IMG/VR virus record: IMGVR_UViG_3300032320_001728
Span: 1 to 35,269 of that record
Source of the DNA: a virus
Taxonomy: Duplodnaviria > Caudoviricetes
Length of the DNA stretch: 35,269 bases
Strand: one strand, 5' to 3'
Numbering within the stretch: the stretch's first letter is position 1; every line of letters starts with the position of its first letter. Shown here piece by piece: positions 10,950-19,783 of this stretch. The notes beneath the pieces were generated by a model, which saw nothing but the letters and a program-made list of their open reading frames with translations, had not been told where the DNA came from and searched no databases. A program made the position numbers and the translations under genes.

Positions 10950-10995
10950 ATTAGGGTAAGCTAGCAAAGATACTAAAACTTACCCTAATTATCAA
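10950..10995 (-). promoter_or_regulatory. Bacteroidota-type promoter for nrdJ, embedded in an 11-bp inverted repeat
   Basis: Minus strand TTG (10995-10993)-N20-TATCTTTG (10972-10965) matches the -33/-7 TAnnTTTG consensus. Arms ATTAGGGTAAG 10950-10960 and CTTACCCTAAT 10979-10989. Confidence 0.7.
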
Positions 10996-11034
10996 CAACA
11001 CACAAATAATATTATTATTATTTCTTTAATTATA

Positions 11035-11286
11035 TTAAGCTTCTAAAAAAGACTTAATTTTATTCTTTATTCTTAAGTTATCAGAACTCATTCTGTTAAG
11101 AGTAGCTACTTTAGCATGTAAATCATTGATTTTATCTACAGTAGTACCTATCTCTTGTTCTATTTCATTATTAACACTGTCTAATTCTACTACAGTTTTA
11201 TTAAAAACATTAAGTATGTTATTAGACTTGTTAGATAGTGATTCAACTTTCTTAAAGCCAAAGTAGGCTAGTATTTTTACAATCAT
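11035..11286 (-). CDS. Hypothetical coiled-coil protein
   Basis: ORF track gives 11035..11310. The likely start is ATG at 11286 (MIVKILAY), which forms an ATGA overlap with the upstream small ORF. Confidence 0.7.
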   Translation of the reverse strand: MIVKILAYFGFKKVESLSNKSNNILNVFNKTVVELDSVNNEIEQEIGTTVDKINDLHAKVATLNRMSSDNLRIKNKIKSFLEA

Positions 11287-11435
11287 AATATTTGACATGC
11301 TTCTATACATCTATTACAAAAAGATAAGTCAAGCTTAAGTTTTTTATAATTTAATATATCCTTCTTACTAGCCTCCCTTATCTTTCTGTAACACCTATTA
11401 CATATAATAGTAGGTGATTTAGACATTATTATCAT
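11283..11435 (-). CDS. 50-aa double-CNRC zinc-finger microprotein (absent from ORF track)
   Basis: Manual translation: MIIMSKSPTIICNRCYRKIREASKKDILNYKKLKLDLSFCNRCIEACQIL*. Starts 2 nt after the upstream stop and ends in an ATGA overlap with the next gene. Confidence 0.7.
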   Translation of the reverse strand: MIIMSKSPTIICNRCYRKIREASKKDILNYKKLKLDLSFCNRCIEACQIL

Positions 11436-11437
11436 TT

Positions 11438-12463
11438 TTAAGCTTTTTCTTGATAAGCTTTTTCAGATATAGTAAAATGTTTACCACAATCTGTACATTT
11501 CATTCTTCTCTTTCTAATACCAGTACTTGTAATTCTAAAACCATTAAAAGTAGTATTACTACCAGAACATTCAGGACAATCACATCTTAATCCTCCATTA
11601 AATACACCTCTATGGGTTTTATGTGTAGTATAGTTTTTAATTCTATTATATACTTTCTCAAGTAATACAACGTCTTTTTGACAATATTCTACCATTAAAT
11701 CCATAGATTTTGGATTGTTATCTGTGATTATATCTAACCATAACTGGAATCCACCAGTAGATAATTTTCCACCAAATCCTAAAAACTTGGCTATGTAATC
11801 AAGTTTATTAGAGTTAAATCTAAAACCTTTCCTACTTAATTTAAGTGTATCTATACTTTGAATATCAGGTAATACATCAATATTATGGAGTAAACATCTA
11901 GTTCTAAACCATTTAATATCAAAGTTATCACTGTTATGACCTATCACTTCATCAGCAGAATTAAGTACTTTAGCAAAATCTTTCATCATTTGCTTATCAT
12001 CACCCTTATTCCAACTTAATGAATGAACTTCTTTCTCATGTTCCCACTTCCAACATATACATATAATAGCACGCTCTTTTATAATATTTTCATGTGGTAT
12101 GTTTAGTTTATAACCAACATTCCAACTAAATACTACATTAGGGCTTGTTTCTATATCAAAATAAAGCCTTCTGAAAGGTTTTTCAACTATTTCTAATACT
12201 TTATTAGCTACTTGACTAGATACTTTCTTATATGCAACATTTAAAGGTTTGTTTGATTTACTTATATAAGGATAAACTTCATTACGAACTGTTTCTCTAG
12301 CTCTTATAATCTCAGTTACCTTAGCAGTATCAAACAAACCTTGTAAATATTCTACAGATTTTTTACAATAACCTGGTTTTATCCTTAGAAAAGATAAAAT
12401 TCTTTTGTATTCTGCTTTATCCAACTTCTCATTTATTCTTTCCACTCTTGCAGATTTGCTCAT
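11438..12463 (-). CDS. DnaQ/RNase H-like 3'-5' exonuclease with C-terminal zinc ribbon
   Basis: FDIETSP (ExoI), GHNSDNFD (ExoII), YCQKDV (ExoIII), then CPEC...CTDC. Confidence 0.85.
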   Translation of the reverse strand: MSKSARVERINEKLDKAEYKRILSFLRIKPGYCKKSVEYLQGLFDTAKVTEIIRARETVRNEVYPYISKSNKPLNVAYKKVSSQVANKVLEIVEKPFRRLYFDIETSPNVVFSWNVGYKLNIPHENIIKERAIICICWKWEHEKEVHSLSWNKGDDKQMMKDFAKVLNSADEVIGHNSDNFDIKWFRTRCLLHNIDVLPDIQSIDTLKLSRKGFRFNSNKLDYIAKFLGFGGKLSTGGFQLWLDIITDNNPKSMDLMVEYCQKDVVLLEKVYNRIKNYTTHKTHRGVFNGGLRCDCPECSGSNTTFNGFRITSTGIRKRRMKCTDCGKHFTISEKAYQEKA

Positions 12464-12478
12464 CTTGTTTATTATTAA

Positions 12479-13291
12479 TTAAAATTTAATTTCTTTATCT
12501 TTATAGTTTTCTTGTAAAAACTTATTTATTAAATACTTTAATGAAACTTTATAATTATCAGTAGTATCATTTTTAATTGTTACAATACCATTATCTTTAT
12601 CTACTGCTTCAATATTTAAAACTTCTACTTTTTTTTCATCAAAAGTTAATTTAAGATTATGATCTATTACAAGAATCTTGTTAGGATTACTAGTAGTTTC
12701 TAATAAACTTTTAAATATAAGTCTGTAAAATTTAAATATTGCTAAATTATATTCTATTGTAGTAATACCTAATAAATCATAATTCATAAACAATATACCT
12801 TGGCTACTAAGGGCTTTTATTGTTTCTTCATTATCTGCATCATTATAAATATTTTTTAAACTATTTAATAAAGTATAAGTATTTGTTACAGGAGTTTTAA
12901 GTATTTTAGCTAATATTACAACACATATCTCATCAGGACTACTATGTTTAAAACTATTAAACATACTTAATCTATCTTCAACAGTTTTGCTATGATCATT
13001 AGCTATTTTAAAAATATTATAAAAATCTGTTTCATTTACTAAATTATTATCTACAAAAAACTTAGTCCATTCTTCACCAAATATTTCAATAAGAAAAGTA
13101 GTTAATATTTCATTAGCTATTTCATCACCATGTTCATGTGCTAATAATTCTATTTTTTGTACTATACTACCTTCATTATCTGGTTTAAATTCTTCTACTT
13201 TTTCTACAACAGGTACACTTTTAATTTGTCCCAGTGCTTCCAAATCCTGAAACCCCTCTTTCTGTGGCTCTAAGTTCTTCTCCATTTTCAA
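12479..13291 (-). CDS. Degenerate family-1 uracil-DNA glycosylase-like protein, probably inactive
   Basis: [34 protein letters not shown] and INKFLQ...EIKF parallel the UNG scaffold motifs in order. The catalytic GQDPY and HPS motifs are absent. Confidence 0.55.
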   Translation of the reverse strand: MKMEKNLEPQKEGFQDLEALGQIKSVPVVEKVEEFKPDNEGSIVQKIELLAHEHGDEIANEILTTFLIEIFGEEWTKFFVDNNLVNETDFYNIFKIANDHSKTVEDRLSMFNSFKHSSPDEICVVILAKILKTPVTNTYTLLNSLKNIYNDADNEETIKALSSQGILFMNYDLLGITTIEYNLAIFKFYRLIFKSLLETTSNPNKILVIDHNLKLTFDEKKVEVLNIEAVDKDNGIVTIKNDTTDNYKVSLKYLINKFLQENYKDKEIKF

Positions 13292-13661
13292 TTGTTTTAA
13301 ATACTGCTTTTTCTACTTTAGCTAATACACCTTGTGCTATTCTATCACCTTTAGATATAGTTCTTACTTCATTAGATAGGTTAATTAAAATTACTGCTAT
13401 TTCTCCTCTATAATCAGCATCAATAGTGCCTGGAGCATTTAATACAGTAATAGTTTGCTTTAAAGCTAAACCACTTCTAGGTCTAATTTGTATTTCAGTA
13501 TCATCTGGTAATTCTACCATTATTCCTGTAGGTACTAACACAGGTTCATTAGGATATAATACAGCATCTTGTGATGCTACTAAATCAAATCCACTTGAAC
13601 CTTCTGTAGCATATTTAGGAATAACTCCATTTTCAGTTGTTTTAATTTTTACTTCTATCAT
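13221..13661 (-). CDS. dut: Trimeric dUTPase
   Basis: [39 protein letters not shown]. Confidence 0.97.
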   Translation of the reverse strand: MIEVKIKTTENGVIPKYATEGSSGFDLVASQDAVLYPNEPVLVPTGIMVELPDDTEIQIRPRSGLALKQTITVLNAPGTIDADYRGEIAVILINLSNEVRTISKGDRIAQGVLAKVEKAVFKTIENGEELRATERGVSGFGSTGTN

Positions 13662-13874
13662 TTATATACTTAAATCTAATACTACTTTTTTTTCATTTAA
13701 TAATTTACAAATACCTTCAGCTATTCCTTTAGTATCTGTAAAATAATTTTTAACTGTACTAACTACAATTTTTACATCTTTACTTTCTATATATACAATA
13801 TCATGGCTTTTATTGCTTTCATTAAGTTGTATTATATAAGTACCTTTAATACCTATACTTTTTAGTAAACTCAT
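13662..13874 (-). CDS. Hypothetical protein
   Basis: 70-aa ORF coupled to both neighbours. Confidence 0.6.
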   Translation of the reverse strand: MSLLKSIGIKGTYIIQLNESNKSHDIVYIESKDVKIVVSTVKNYFTDTKGIAEGICKLLNEKKVVLDLSI

Positions 13875-14242
13875 ATTTCTAGTTTTAGTTGATTTTCTTT
13901 TAATTTAGTGTATATTTTATTCCTGTTATCTATAACAGTATTATTTATTACACCTTCTTCTAACATTAATATACTAGCTGAAGCATGAGATAAATGAGAG
14001 TTACCACTTTCATCCATATCTTCACCCATTAACCAAGCATCTAAATGTCTTTGACAAGCATCGTACAATCTTAAAGCTTCTATTTTACCAGAATAATTAA
14101 ATTTATTGTATTTCTTTTGTCCATAATTAAATGCTTTAATTGTATTTATTAATGCTTTTCTAGGTAAATCTGAATGCTCATACTTACCTGTATCATATTT
14201 TGTAACTTCTCCTATCATCTTACATAAACTTTTTAATATCAA
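13871..14242 (-). CDS. DUF5664 / dATP-dGTP diphosphohydrolase-like domain protein
   Basis: KYDTGK, YGQKKY..FNY, RHLDAW..GED.DESG.SHLSHA..SILML. The true start is probably MIGEV at ~14218. Confidence 0.8.
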   Translation of the reverse strand: MILKSLCKMIGEVTKYDTGKYEHSDLPRKALINTIKAFNYGQKKYNKFNYSGKIEALRLYDACQRHLDAWLMGEDMDESGNSHLSHASASILMLEEGVINNTVIDNRNKIYTKLKENQLKLEI

Positions 14243-14798
14243 ATACTTCTATTCTAAATTCAGGTTTACTAGATATCTCTCTTTTAGGTAATTTAGCATC
14301 TAGTTGCTGTTCTAGTAATTCAATATCTGTATTACTAGGATAGAATATTTTTTTATACTTATTATATAAATCTTTATTATATCTTAAATAACATTGTAAT
14401 GATAATTCTTTAAAACTATTACTAGTCTTAGAAAAATCACCATTAATTAGTAAATAAAAATCATTTATATAAGCTCTAGGAAAGTTAAACTTAAATATGT
14501 AATAATTTTCTGTTTCAGTATAAGATTCAAATAACTTATTGTTAGTTAATTCTTCATATACTTTCAGATAACTAGCAGTATCTTCAAAACTTCTTGTATA
14601 TACTACCACTAATTTTTCATAATCTTCTACTATTTCTACATAAGAATTGTAATAATTCTTACCCCAAAATACTAAAGGATAATTCAACAAGTTTCTAAAA
14701 AACATAGAACTGCAAGTTTCTATATTATTATCAACTGTGTCCGTGATTAAAGTACTCTCCCTCATTTTCTTCCCCTTCATTTCTAATACTTTTACCAT
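14220..14798 (-). CDS. Hypothetical protein of the replication module
   Basis: 192-aa aromatic-rich ORF in the operon; start uncertain because it overlaps the exonuclease gene. Confidence 0.65.
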   Translation of the reverse strand: MVKVLEMKGKKMRESTLITDTVDNNIETCSSMFFRNLLNYPLVFWGKNYYNSYVEIVEDYEKLVVVYTRSFEDTASYLKVYEELTNNKLFESYTETENYYIFKFNFPRAYINDFYLLINGDFSKTSNSFKELSLQCYLRYNKDLYNKYKKIFYPSNTDIELLEQQLDAKLPKREISSKPEFRIEVFDIKKFM

Positions 14799-15576
14799 AT
14801 AAATCTAATATATCTCCAAGTTCCATATCTTTAAATAAAGACATATCTCTTTTTAAATATATTAGCTTAAAACTTTCTGCAAATGATTCAACTCCTTTTT
14901 CTAACCCTAACCTCTTTATGAAGGTAGTCAAGACCAAGTTTGAATAATCCCCAACATCTGTATTTCCTAACATATTAGAAGCTGATACAGCCCCTAACCC
15001 TTTAAGGTACTTTATATTATCTACTTTATCTCCTATTAGCATTTGATACCATAAGTTATATTCACTATCTTCTTTAGAAACATATTGTATTTGTTTTTTA
15101 TTAAGATTGTAATGATAACCAGGTATTTGTAATAAGTCTTTATCAGTAGAAAATATAATAGTGTTATTATTTTCAGATTGATTAGCTGCTAGAGCATCAT
15201 CGGCTTCATAACCATCTACAAAGTAGAAAGTGTCTGTTGCGGATAGATGGCGTTTGAGCTCATTCAAATTATCAGGCAATAAAAAAGCTGTTCTGTTGGC
15301 TTTATATTTAGCTGTAACTTGTTTTCTAAAACTATTACTACTAAAATAACCAATATATTTATTTATATTCATGTCATTACTACAGACTGTAGCTCGTAAA
15401 TACGCATAAAACTCTTTTATCAAATCATCCAAACTCCTGCCCTCTTGACTTCCATATAAAGAAATTTGTTCTGAAGTTTGTTTTTTATTAACAGCTATTC
15501 TAAAAGCAAAAATATCAGCATCTAATAATGCTATTGTAACATTTTTAGGTACTTCTTCTACTATAGAATATCTCAT
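14731..15576 (-). CDS. 5'-3' exonuclease / flap endonuclease (T7 gp6 / T4 RNase H-like)
   Basis: DADIF, YKANR, EADD, DKDLLQIPG, GDKVDNI..LKGLG. Confidence 0.92.
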   Translation of the reverse strand: MRYSIVEEVPKNVTIALLDADIFAFRIAVNKKQTSEQISLYGSQEGRSLDDLIKEFYAYLRATVCSNDMNINKYIGYFSSNSFRKQVTAKYKANRTAFLLPDNLNELKRHLSATDTFYFVDGYEADDALAANQSENNNTIIFSTDKDLLQIPGYHYNLNKKQIQYVSKEDSEYNLWYQMLIGDKVDNIKYLKGLGAVSASNMLGNTDVGDYSNLVLTTFIKRLGLEKGVESFAESFKLIYLKRDMSLFKDMELGDILDLYGKSIRNEGEENEGEYFNHGHS

Positions 15577-15863
15577 TAATCTAAAACATTATCATTTACA
15601 AATTCTATCCATTCATCATACAAATTAGATAAATAATATATCTTTTGTTTATCAAAATGAATATTCATTCTGTCAGAAAGCTCATCTATATAATCACTGA
15701 TTAGTGACCCTACAGAGTATCTTCCATTTATTGCCATATTAAACAACCTGCTATTTGTATTATCTTTACCATATTTATCTATAAAATTGGTAATTTTTTG
15801 TACAAATTGTTCAGGGTATTTAACTGTTACTTCTGTTAAATTCTTAATAACTGTTTGTTTCAT
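15576..15863 (-). CDS. Hypothetical protein
   Basis: 95-aa ORF with TAATG coupling to the next gene. Confidence 0.65.
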   Translation of the reverse strand: MKQTVIKNLTEVTVKYPEQFVQKITNFIDKYGKDNTNSRLFNMAINGRYSVGSLISDYIDELSDRMNIHFDKQKIYYLSNLYDEWIEFVNDNVLD

Positions 15864-15867
15864 CTAT

Positions 15868-16080
15868 TTAATTTATAATTTCAACAATAAAATTAGTTGT
15901 AATATATTGTTGTAAGTCATTAACTAGTTGTTCTAATTCTTTATTTTTTTCTTCAGTTATTATAAAAATTTTGTTTGTTTCATCAAATTCATACAAATCA
16001 TTATGATTATATTTAGATTTAATCATAATTTCTGCTAAATCATCACTTAATAATTGTAATTCTATTTTAGATATTATCAT
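15868..16080 (-). CDS. Hypothetical protein
   Basis: 70-aa ORF with an ATGA overlap with the upstream gene. Confidence 0.6.
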   Translation of the reverse strand: MIISKIELQLLSDDLAEIMIKSKYNHNDLYEFDETNKIFIITEEKNKELEQLVNDLQQYITTNFIVEIIN

Positions 16081-16667
16081 ATTTTAAATATAGTTATTGT
16101 TAATAATGTTTCTTCAGATTCTATATATGTACAAGGAGTACTCCTTACATATTGAACAGAATCATCTTCTATTATAGTATTTTTCAATACATCTAATAAA
16201 CATTTCTTATAAAATAAAGCATGATTATCTAAATCCCAATCACCTCTTCCAATAGGCTTTCTAAATTCCATAGCTACTCCAATAGGATAAGCTTCTTTAG
16301 TTAGCTTTTTAAAAGGTTTTATATAAGGATATAAAAATGATTTTATTTCGTTAGCTATTTTACTTCTTAAATTATGGTCTATTCCTGACCATAAATCATT
16401 ACCTCTAATTTTTTTAAATTTAGGTGTACCAGCTGCACGTATGTTTTTTAATATTTTTTCATTGTTTTCATCAATTAAGAATCCTAAACTATTGTATTTA
16501 TATTTAGGATTGTTTAGGTATCTTTTAGGTATTTTAGTACCTTTCTTATAATAAATTGGTCTTCTTTTTTTAGAAAGTTGAACAAATTCTATATAATCAG
16601 GTATCTCGATTTTATAAATTAGATTACTAGATAATTCCTTGTTTTCTTCATGGTTTAATTGTTCCAT
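16077..16667 (-). CDS. RusA-like Holliday junction resolvase
   Basis: DLDN...KCLLDVL...IIEDDS.QYV matches the RusA D.DN..K...D.L...DD pattern. Confidence 0.7.
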   Translation of the reverse strand: MEQLNHEENKELSSNLIYKIEIPDYIEFVQLSKKRRPIYYKKGTKIPKRYLNNPKYKYNSLGFLIDENNEKILKNIRAAGTPKFKKIRGNDLWSGIDHNLRSKIANEIKSFLYPYIKPFKKLTKEAYPIGVAMEFRKPIGRGDWDLDNHALFYKKCLLDVLKNTIIEDDSVQYVRSTPCTYIESEETLLTITIFKI

Positions 16668-17661
16668 TTACAAGTTTATCTATTACTTCTTTTGCTTCTT
16701 GATACCCTCTTTCTTTTATAAAATCAGAAATATCTTTAATATCATATTCATCAGGAATAAATATTGAAGGTATTTTAAAGTCTTTGTTTAGCTTATCTGC
16801 ACCTCTTTTACCAGCTTCATCTGTATCATAAAATGATATAATATTAACAAATCTTTTAGTTAGCTTATTATAGAATTCATATTCTAGTCTATTAGCTTCT
16901 CCTTGTAGACTAATAGCATTATAACCTAGTTTATATAATACAATAACATCTTTTAAGCTCTTTGTAATGATTAAAGTAGTATCAAGGTTAGATAACATAT
17001 CATAACCTTCTATATTCTCTTTAGAGCCATTAAAAAGCCATTTAAACTTCTTATCAGCTAAAGGAGAGTATATCTTGTAGGATATTCTATCAAATTCACT
17101 GAATTCATAAGCATAAATTGGATTATTATTTGTATAGTATTTAACTAATTTATCATCTAAAAATACTTGCTTACAACTAAAAACATTAAATTTTACTAAA
17201 TCTTCTATATTTACTGAATATTGCTTCCAGTAATCTATATCTATTTTAGTAAAAGGTTGTTTTCTTATAGTTATAATTTTCTTATTATTAGTTGTTTTGC
17301 TGTTGTAAACATCAGAAGAATCAATTTGAATTCTTGGTAATTGCTTACTATTAGATTTATTAATATTAAAATCATTGGATATTATTTTTAAAGCTTCTAT
17401 AAAAGTACACATATAAAGCTTTTGTACTATACTAAAACAATCAAATGTTTCACCTGTAGAAAAGTCTTTAGCTATTATTTTATTGTTAATTTCTTTAATA
17501 CCAAAACTAGGATTACTATCCTTTCTAAAAGGACTGCTAATCAAAGTATTATATTTAATTTTAACATTAAGATAATATTCAACTATTTCTAAAGGTGAAA
17601 CATAAGATAGTATTAGGTCTTTACTGATTTTTTCTTCTTTATTTGAAAAATCAAATCTCAA
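16648..17661 (-). CDS. DNA primase (Toprim), TTG start
   Basis: N-terminal SPFRKDSNPSF...KDFSTG; KIYSP...KW; Toprim motifs IITKSLKDV, YDTDEAG, KDISD. Confidence 0.88.
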   Translation of the reverse strand: MRFDFSNKEEKISKDLILSYVSPLEIVEYYLNVKIKYNTLISSPFRKDSNPSFGIKEINNKIIAKDFSTGETFDCFSIVQKLYMCTFIEALKIISNDFNINKSNSKQLPRIQIDSSDVYNSKTTNNKKIITIRKQPFTKIDIDYWKQYSVNIEDLVKFNVFSCKQVFLDDKLVKYYTNNNPIYAYEFSEFDRISYKIYSPLADKKFKWLFNGSKENIEGYDMLSNLDTTLIITKSLKDVIVLYKLGYNAISLQGEANRLEYEFYNKLTKRFVNIISFYDTDEAGKRGADKLNKDFKIPSIFIPDEYDIKDISDFIKERGYQEAKEVIDKLVNGTIKP

Positions 17662-17663
17662 AT

Positions 17664-18191
17664 TTAGAATGGTAAATCATTAGTTTTAGGAGCAGCTACG
17701 TTTTCAGAAGGTAATCTTTCTACGTCATACTTATTTGTTTCATCAAATTTTAACTTTGATTCTCCTGCATTTACTTTAACCATATTCTCACAAAAGTCAG
17801 GTAAACCAATGTCTGATTTAACTCTAACTTTGCCTTCTTTATTAATATATTCAACACCTTTAACTTTCAATCTAAAAGCTTTACCAGTTAATGCAGCATT
17901 GATTTTATCAATATTATTCATACTTGCTACTTTATCATTTTCATAATGTTTAGTTAGCATGTGTTTTAATTTAGAAGTTGTATAAGGAACAGCTCCGCCT
18001 TCCATAGACCAACTAACTTCCAATTCTTCACCATTTTCTTTAACAAAGCCTACTTTAACAACATTTTTACCATTAGGTGTTGTATCTGCCATAACTCCTG
18101 TTACAGTAACTCCTTCGTGAATACCTGGACGCATAATTTGCTTACCTGTTACTACTCTATCTCCTTCTACACTATTAAAATCTAAATTCAT
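17664..18191 (-). CDS. Putative single-stranded DNA-binding protein
   Basis: Lies between primase and AAA ATPase; beta-rich; C-terminal NDLPF tail typical of SSBs. Confidence 0.7.
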   Translation of the reverse strand: MNLDFNSVEGDRVVTGKQIMRPGIHEGVTVTGVMADTTPNGKNVVKVGFVKENGEELEVSWSMEGGAVPYTTSKLKHMLTKHYENDKVASMNNIDKINAALTGKAFRLKVKGVEYINKEGKVRVKSDIGLPDFCENMVKVNAGESKLKFDETNKYDVERLPSENVAAPKTNDLPF

Positions 18192-18247
18192 CTGTTTCTT
18201 GTTTTTACGTTAATTACTAATTTACTTATCCTATTTCTAGGTTCTAT

Positions 18248-18460
18248 TTATTTTACAAATTCTAATACTTTATCTAAAATAAAGTTACTATCATTTGTTA
18301 TTTTTAATATATCCTCTCCAAAAATATCAGGAGGACACTTTGCTGATGTACCTTCAGCAGCTAATATAAAGCTGTATTCAGGCTTTTTACCATCATGAAA
18401 TCTTTTATCTGTATATAAAACCATTGTATAGTCTTTTTCTACAAATCCCTCGAATTCCTT
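18248..18460 (-). CDS. AAA (AAA_24/Sak4-like) ATPase, exon 2
   Basis: KEFEGFVEKDYTMVLY...SAKCPPDIF...NDSNFI continues exon 1 in frame once the intron is removed (KRIKVKG|KEFEG). Confidence 0.85.
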   Translation of the reverse strand, partial: KEFEGFVEKDYTMVLYTDKRFHDGKKPEYSFILAAEGTSAKCPPDIFGEDILKITNDSNFILDKVLEFVK

Positions 18461-19334
18461 CATTTTTATTAACTTTATATCTCTATAAAGATTAGACTAT
18501 ATCTTTATATCTAAGTATTATTTTGGCTTTAGTTTTACTAATATCTCTATTTTTAGAACATTGCTTTGAAATTGCACTAATTGATAAATTTAAAGCTTTA
18601 GAAGCCTCACTAATAGAAGGATATACATTTATAATATTTCCTAATTTATCTAAATGTTTAACTGATTTACCTTGATTTAAAGTAACTTGTAATTTTCTTT
18701 TTAAACAAGCCTCTTCAGTATATTTTTTACCTCTCCAAAAATTACCTATTTTTATTTTAGCTTTTTCAGGCATTTTTGTACCTGCTTTACTTTTAGCTAA
18801 TTTTGAAATATTAAACCCTTTTTTTGGATTATAGCATTCAGTTAAATTTATCCAGTATTGCTCTCTATCAATTAAAGTATCATTATTACAATACTCTATA
18901 ATTTCAAATATAAAACTATCTTTACCATATTTGTTATATGCACTTTGTAGATGTTTATTAGGATGATTATTATTTTTTAAACACCATTTATGTTTATCTA
19001 CTCTTTTTAGATACCATGTAGCAGAACCAATATAAAATTTATTATTAGTTTTACATGTTATCTTATAAATAACAAATTTAATTTTACTTAAATATAGCCA
19101 CCTTTTCCCAGCATTAAAGCCAGTACTCCCTTCCAGGATAGTCGTTGAACCTTCCTCATATTCTACAATAGAGTTTAGAAGCTTGGATGCTGATTGCCCA
19201 TTTTTAATATTATTATTCATAATACAATATACAAAATATTTTCAAACATTCAAAATTATTTTCATAATTTTTGTAGTTATTTTGTTTTTAGGGGTTTCCA
19301 GCAGTTAAATGGCTTTTACAAGGGCTAAGAATTA
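18461..19334 (-). ncRNA. Group I intron (IA2-like), 874 nt
   Basis: P1: exon AAGGGU pairs with GCCCUU (19325-19320) with a U.G pair at the splice site. P AACUGCUGGAAA 19306-19295; Q AAUCAGCAUCC 19195-19185; R GUUCAACGACUA 19150-19139; P3 AGCCAUUU/AGGUGGCU; S AAGAUAUAGUCU 18505-18494; P9 CUUUAUA-GAGA-UAUAAAG 18490-18473; terminal G at 18461. Confidence 0.93.
18492..19220 (-). CDS. Intron-encoded GIY-YIG homing endonuclease with NUMOD3/NUMOD1-like C-terminus
   Basis: VIYKI...FYIGSA...R...H, HPNKHLQSAYNKYG, REQYWI, GFNI; C-terminal YPSISEASKAL helix-turn-helix. Confidence 0.92.
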   Translation of the reverse strand: MNNNIKNGQSASKLLNSIVEYEEGSTTILEGSTGFNAGKRWLYLSKIKFVIYKITCKTNNKFYIGSATWYLKRVDKHKWCLKNNNHPNKHLQSAYNKYGKDSFIFEIIEYCNNDTLIDREQYWINLTECYNPKKGFNISKLAKSKAGTKMPEKAKIKIGNFWRGKKYTEEACLKRKLQVTLNQGKSVKHLDKLGNIINVYPSISEASKALNLSISAISKQCSKNRDISKTKAKIILRYKDIV

Positions 19335-19781
19335 ACCCTTCACTTTAATACGTTTTTCAGGTGCTCCTTCTAAGTTTAATATTTCATAATGTCCTGTTAC
19401 AAACACTTCTTTTTGTACTCGTTTAACATAGGTATTAAACATACTAATAAACTCAGCATATTGTTGCCATACGTCAAAACCCTTCTTAGTTTTTCTAGCT
19501 TCTTGTAAAGCTAAATCAACAGCAGCACTAAAACTATCAATTACTATACAAGTAACATCAGGTAATTTTGCTGCATCTGCTATGGCTGTTAAAACATCTT
19601 GAGAAGTATTACACCTAATATTATACTTTAAATTATTTTTAAATGGTAAGGGTTTATTCTCTACATTTATAAAATAAGTAGTATTAGGATTCATATTTCT
19701 AAAAGAATATGTTTTACCATCACCACTTGAGCCTACAATAAATATCTTGTAATAATCTCTTTCTACCGCACTTCTTTCCAT
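19335..19781 (-). CDS. AAA (AAA_24/Sak4-like) ATPase, exon 1
   Basis: Walker A GSSGDGKT, KPLPF, Walker B IVIDS, VTGH. Ends at GGT immediately before the intron TAA. Spliced product is 219 aa. Confidence 0.88.
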
Positions 19782-19783
19782 CT

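Noticed and set aside
18230-18241. CCTA-GAAA-TAGG mini hairpin upstream of the SSB gene
   Set aside because: Only 4 bp with no U-tract; too weak to call a terminator.
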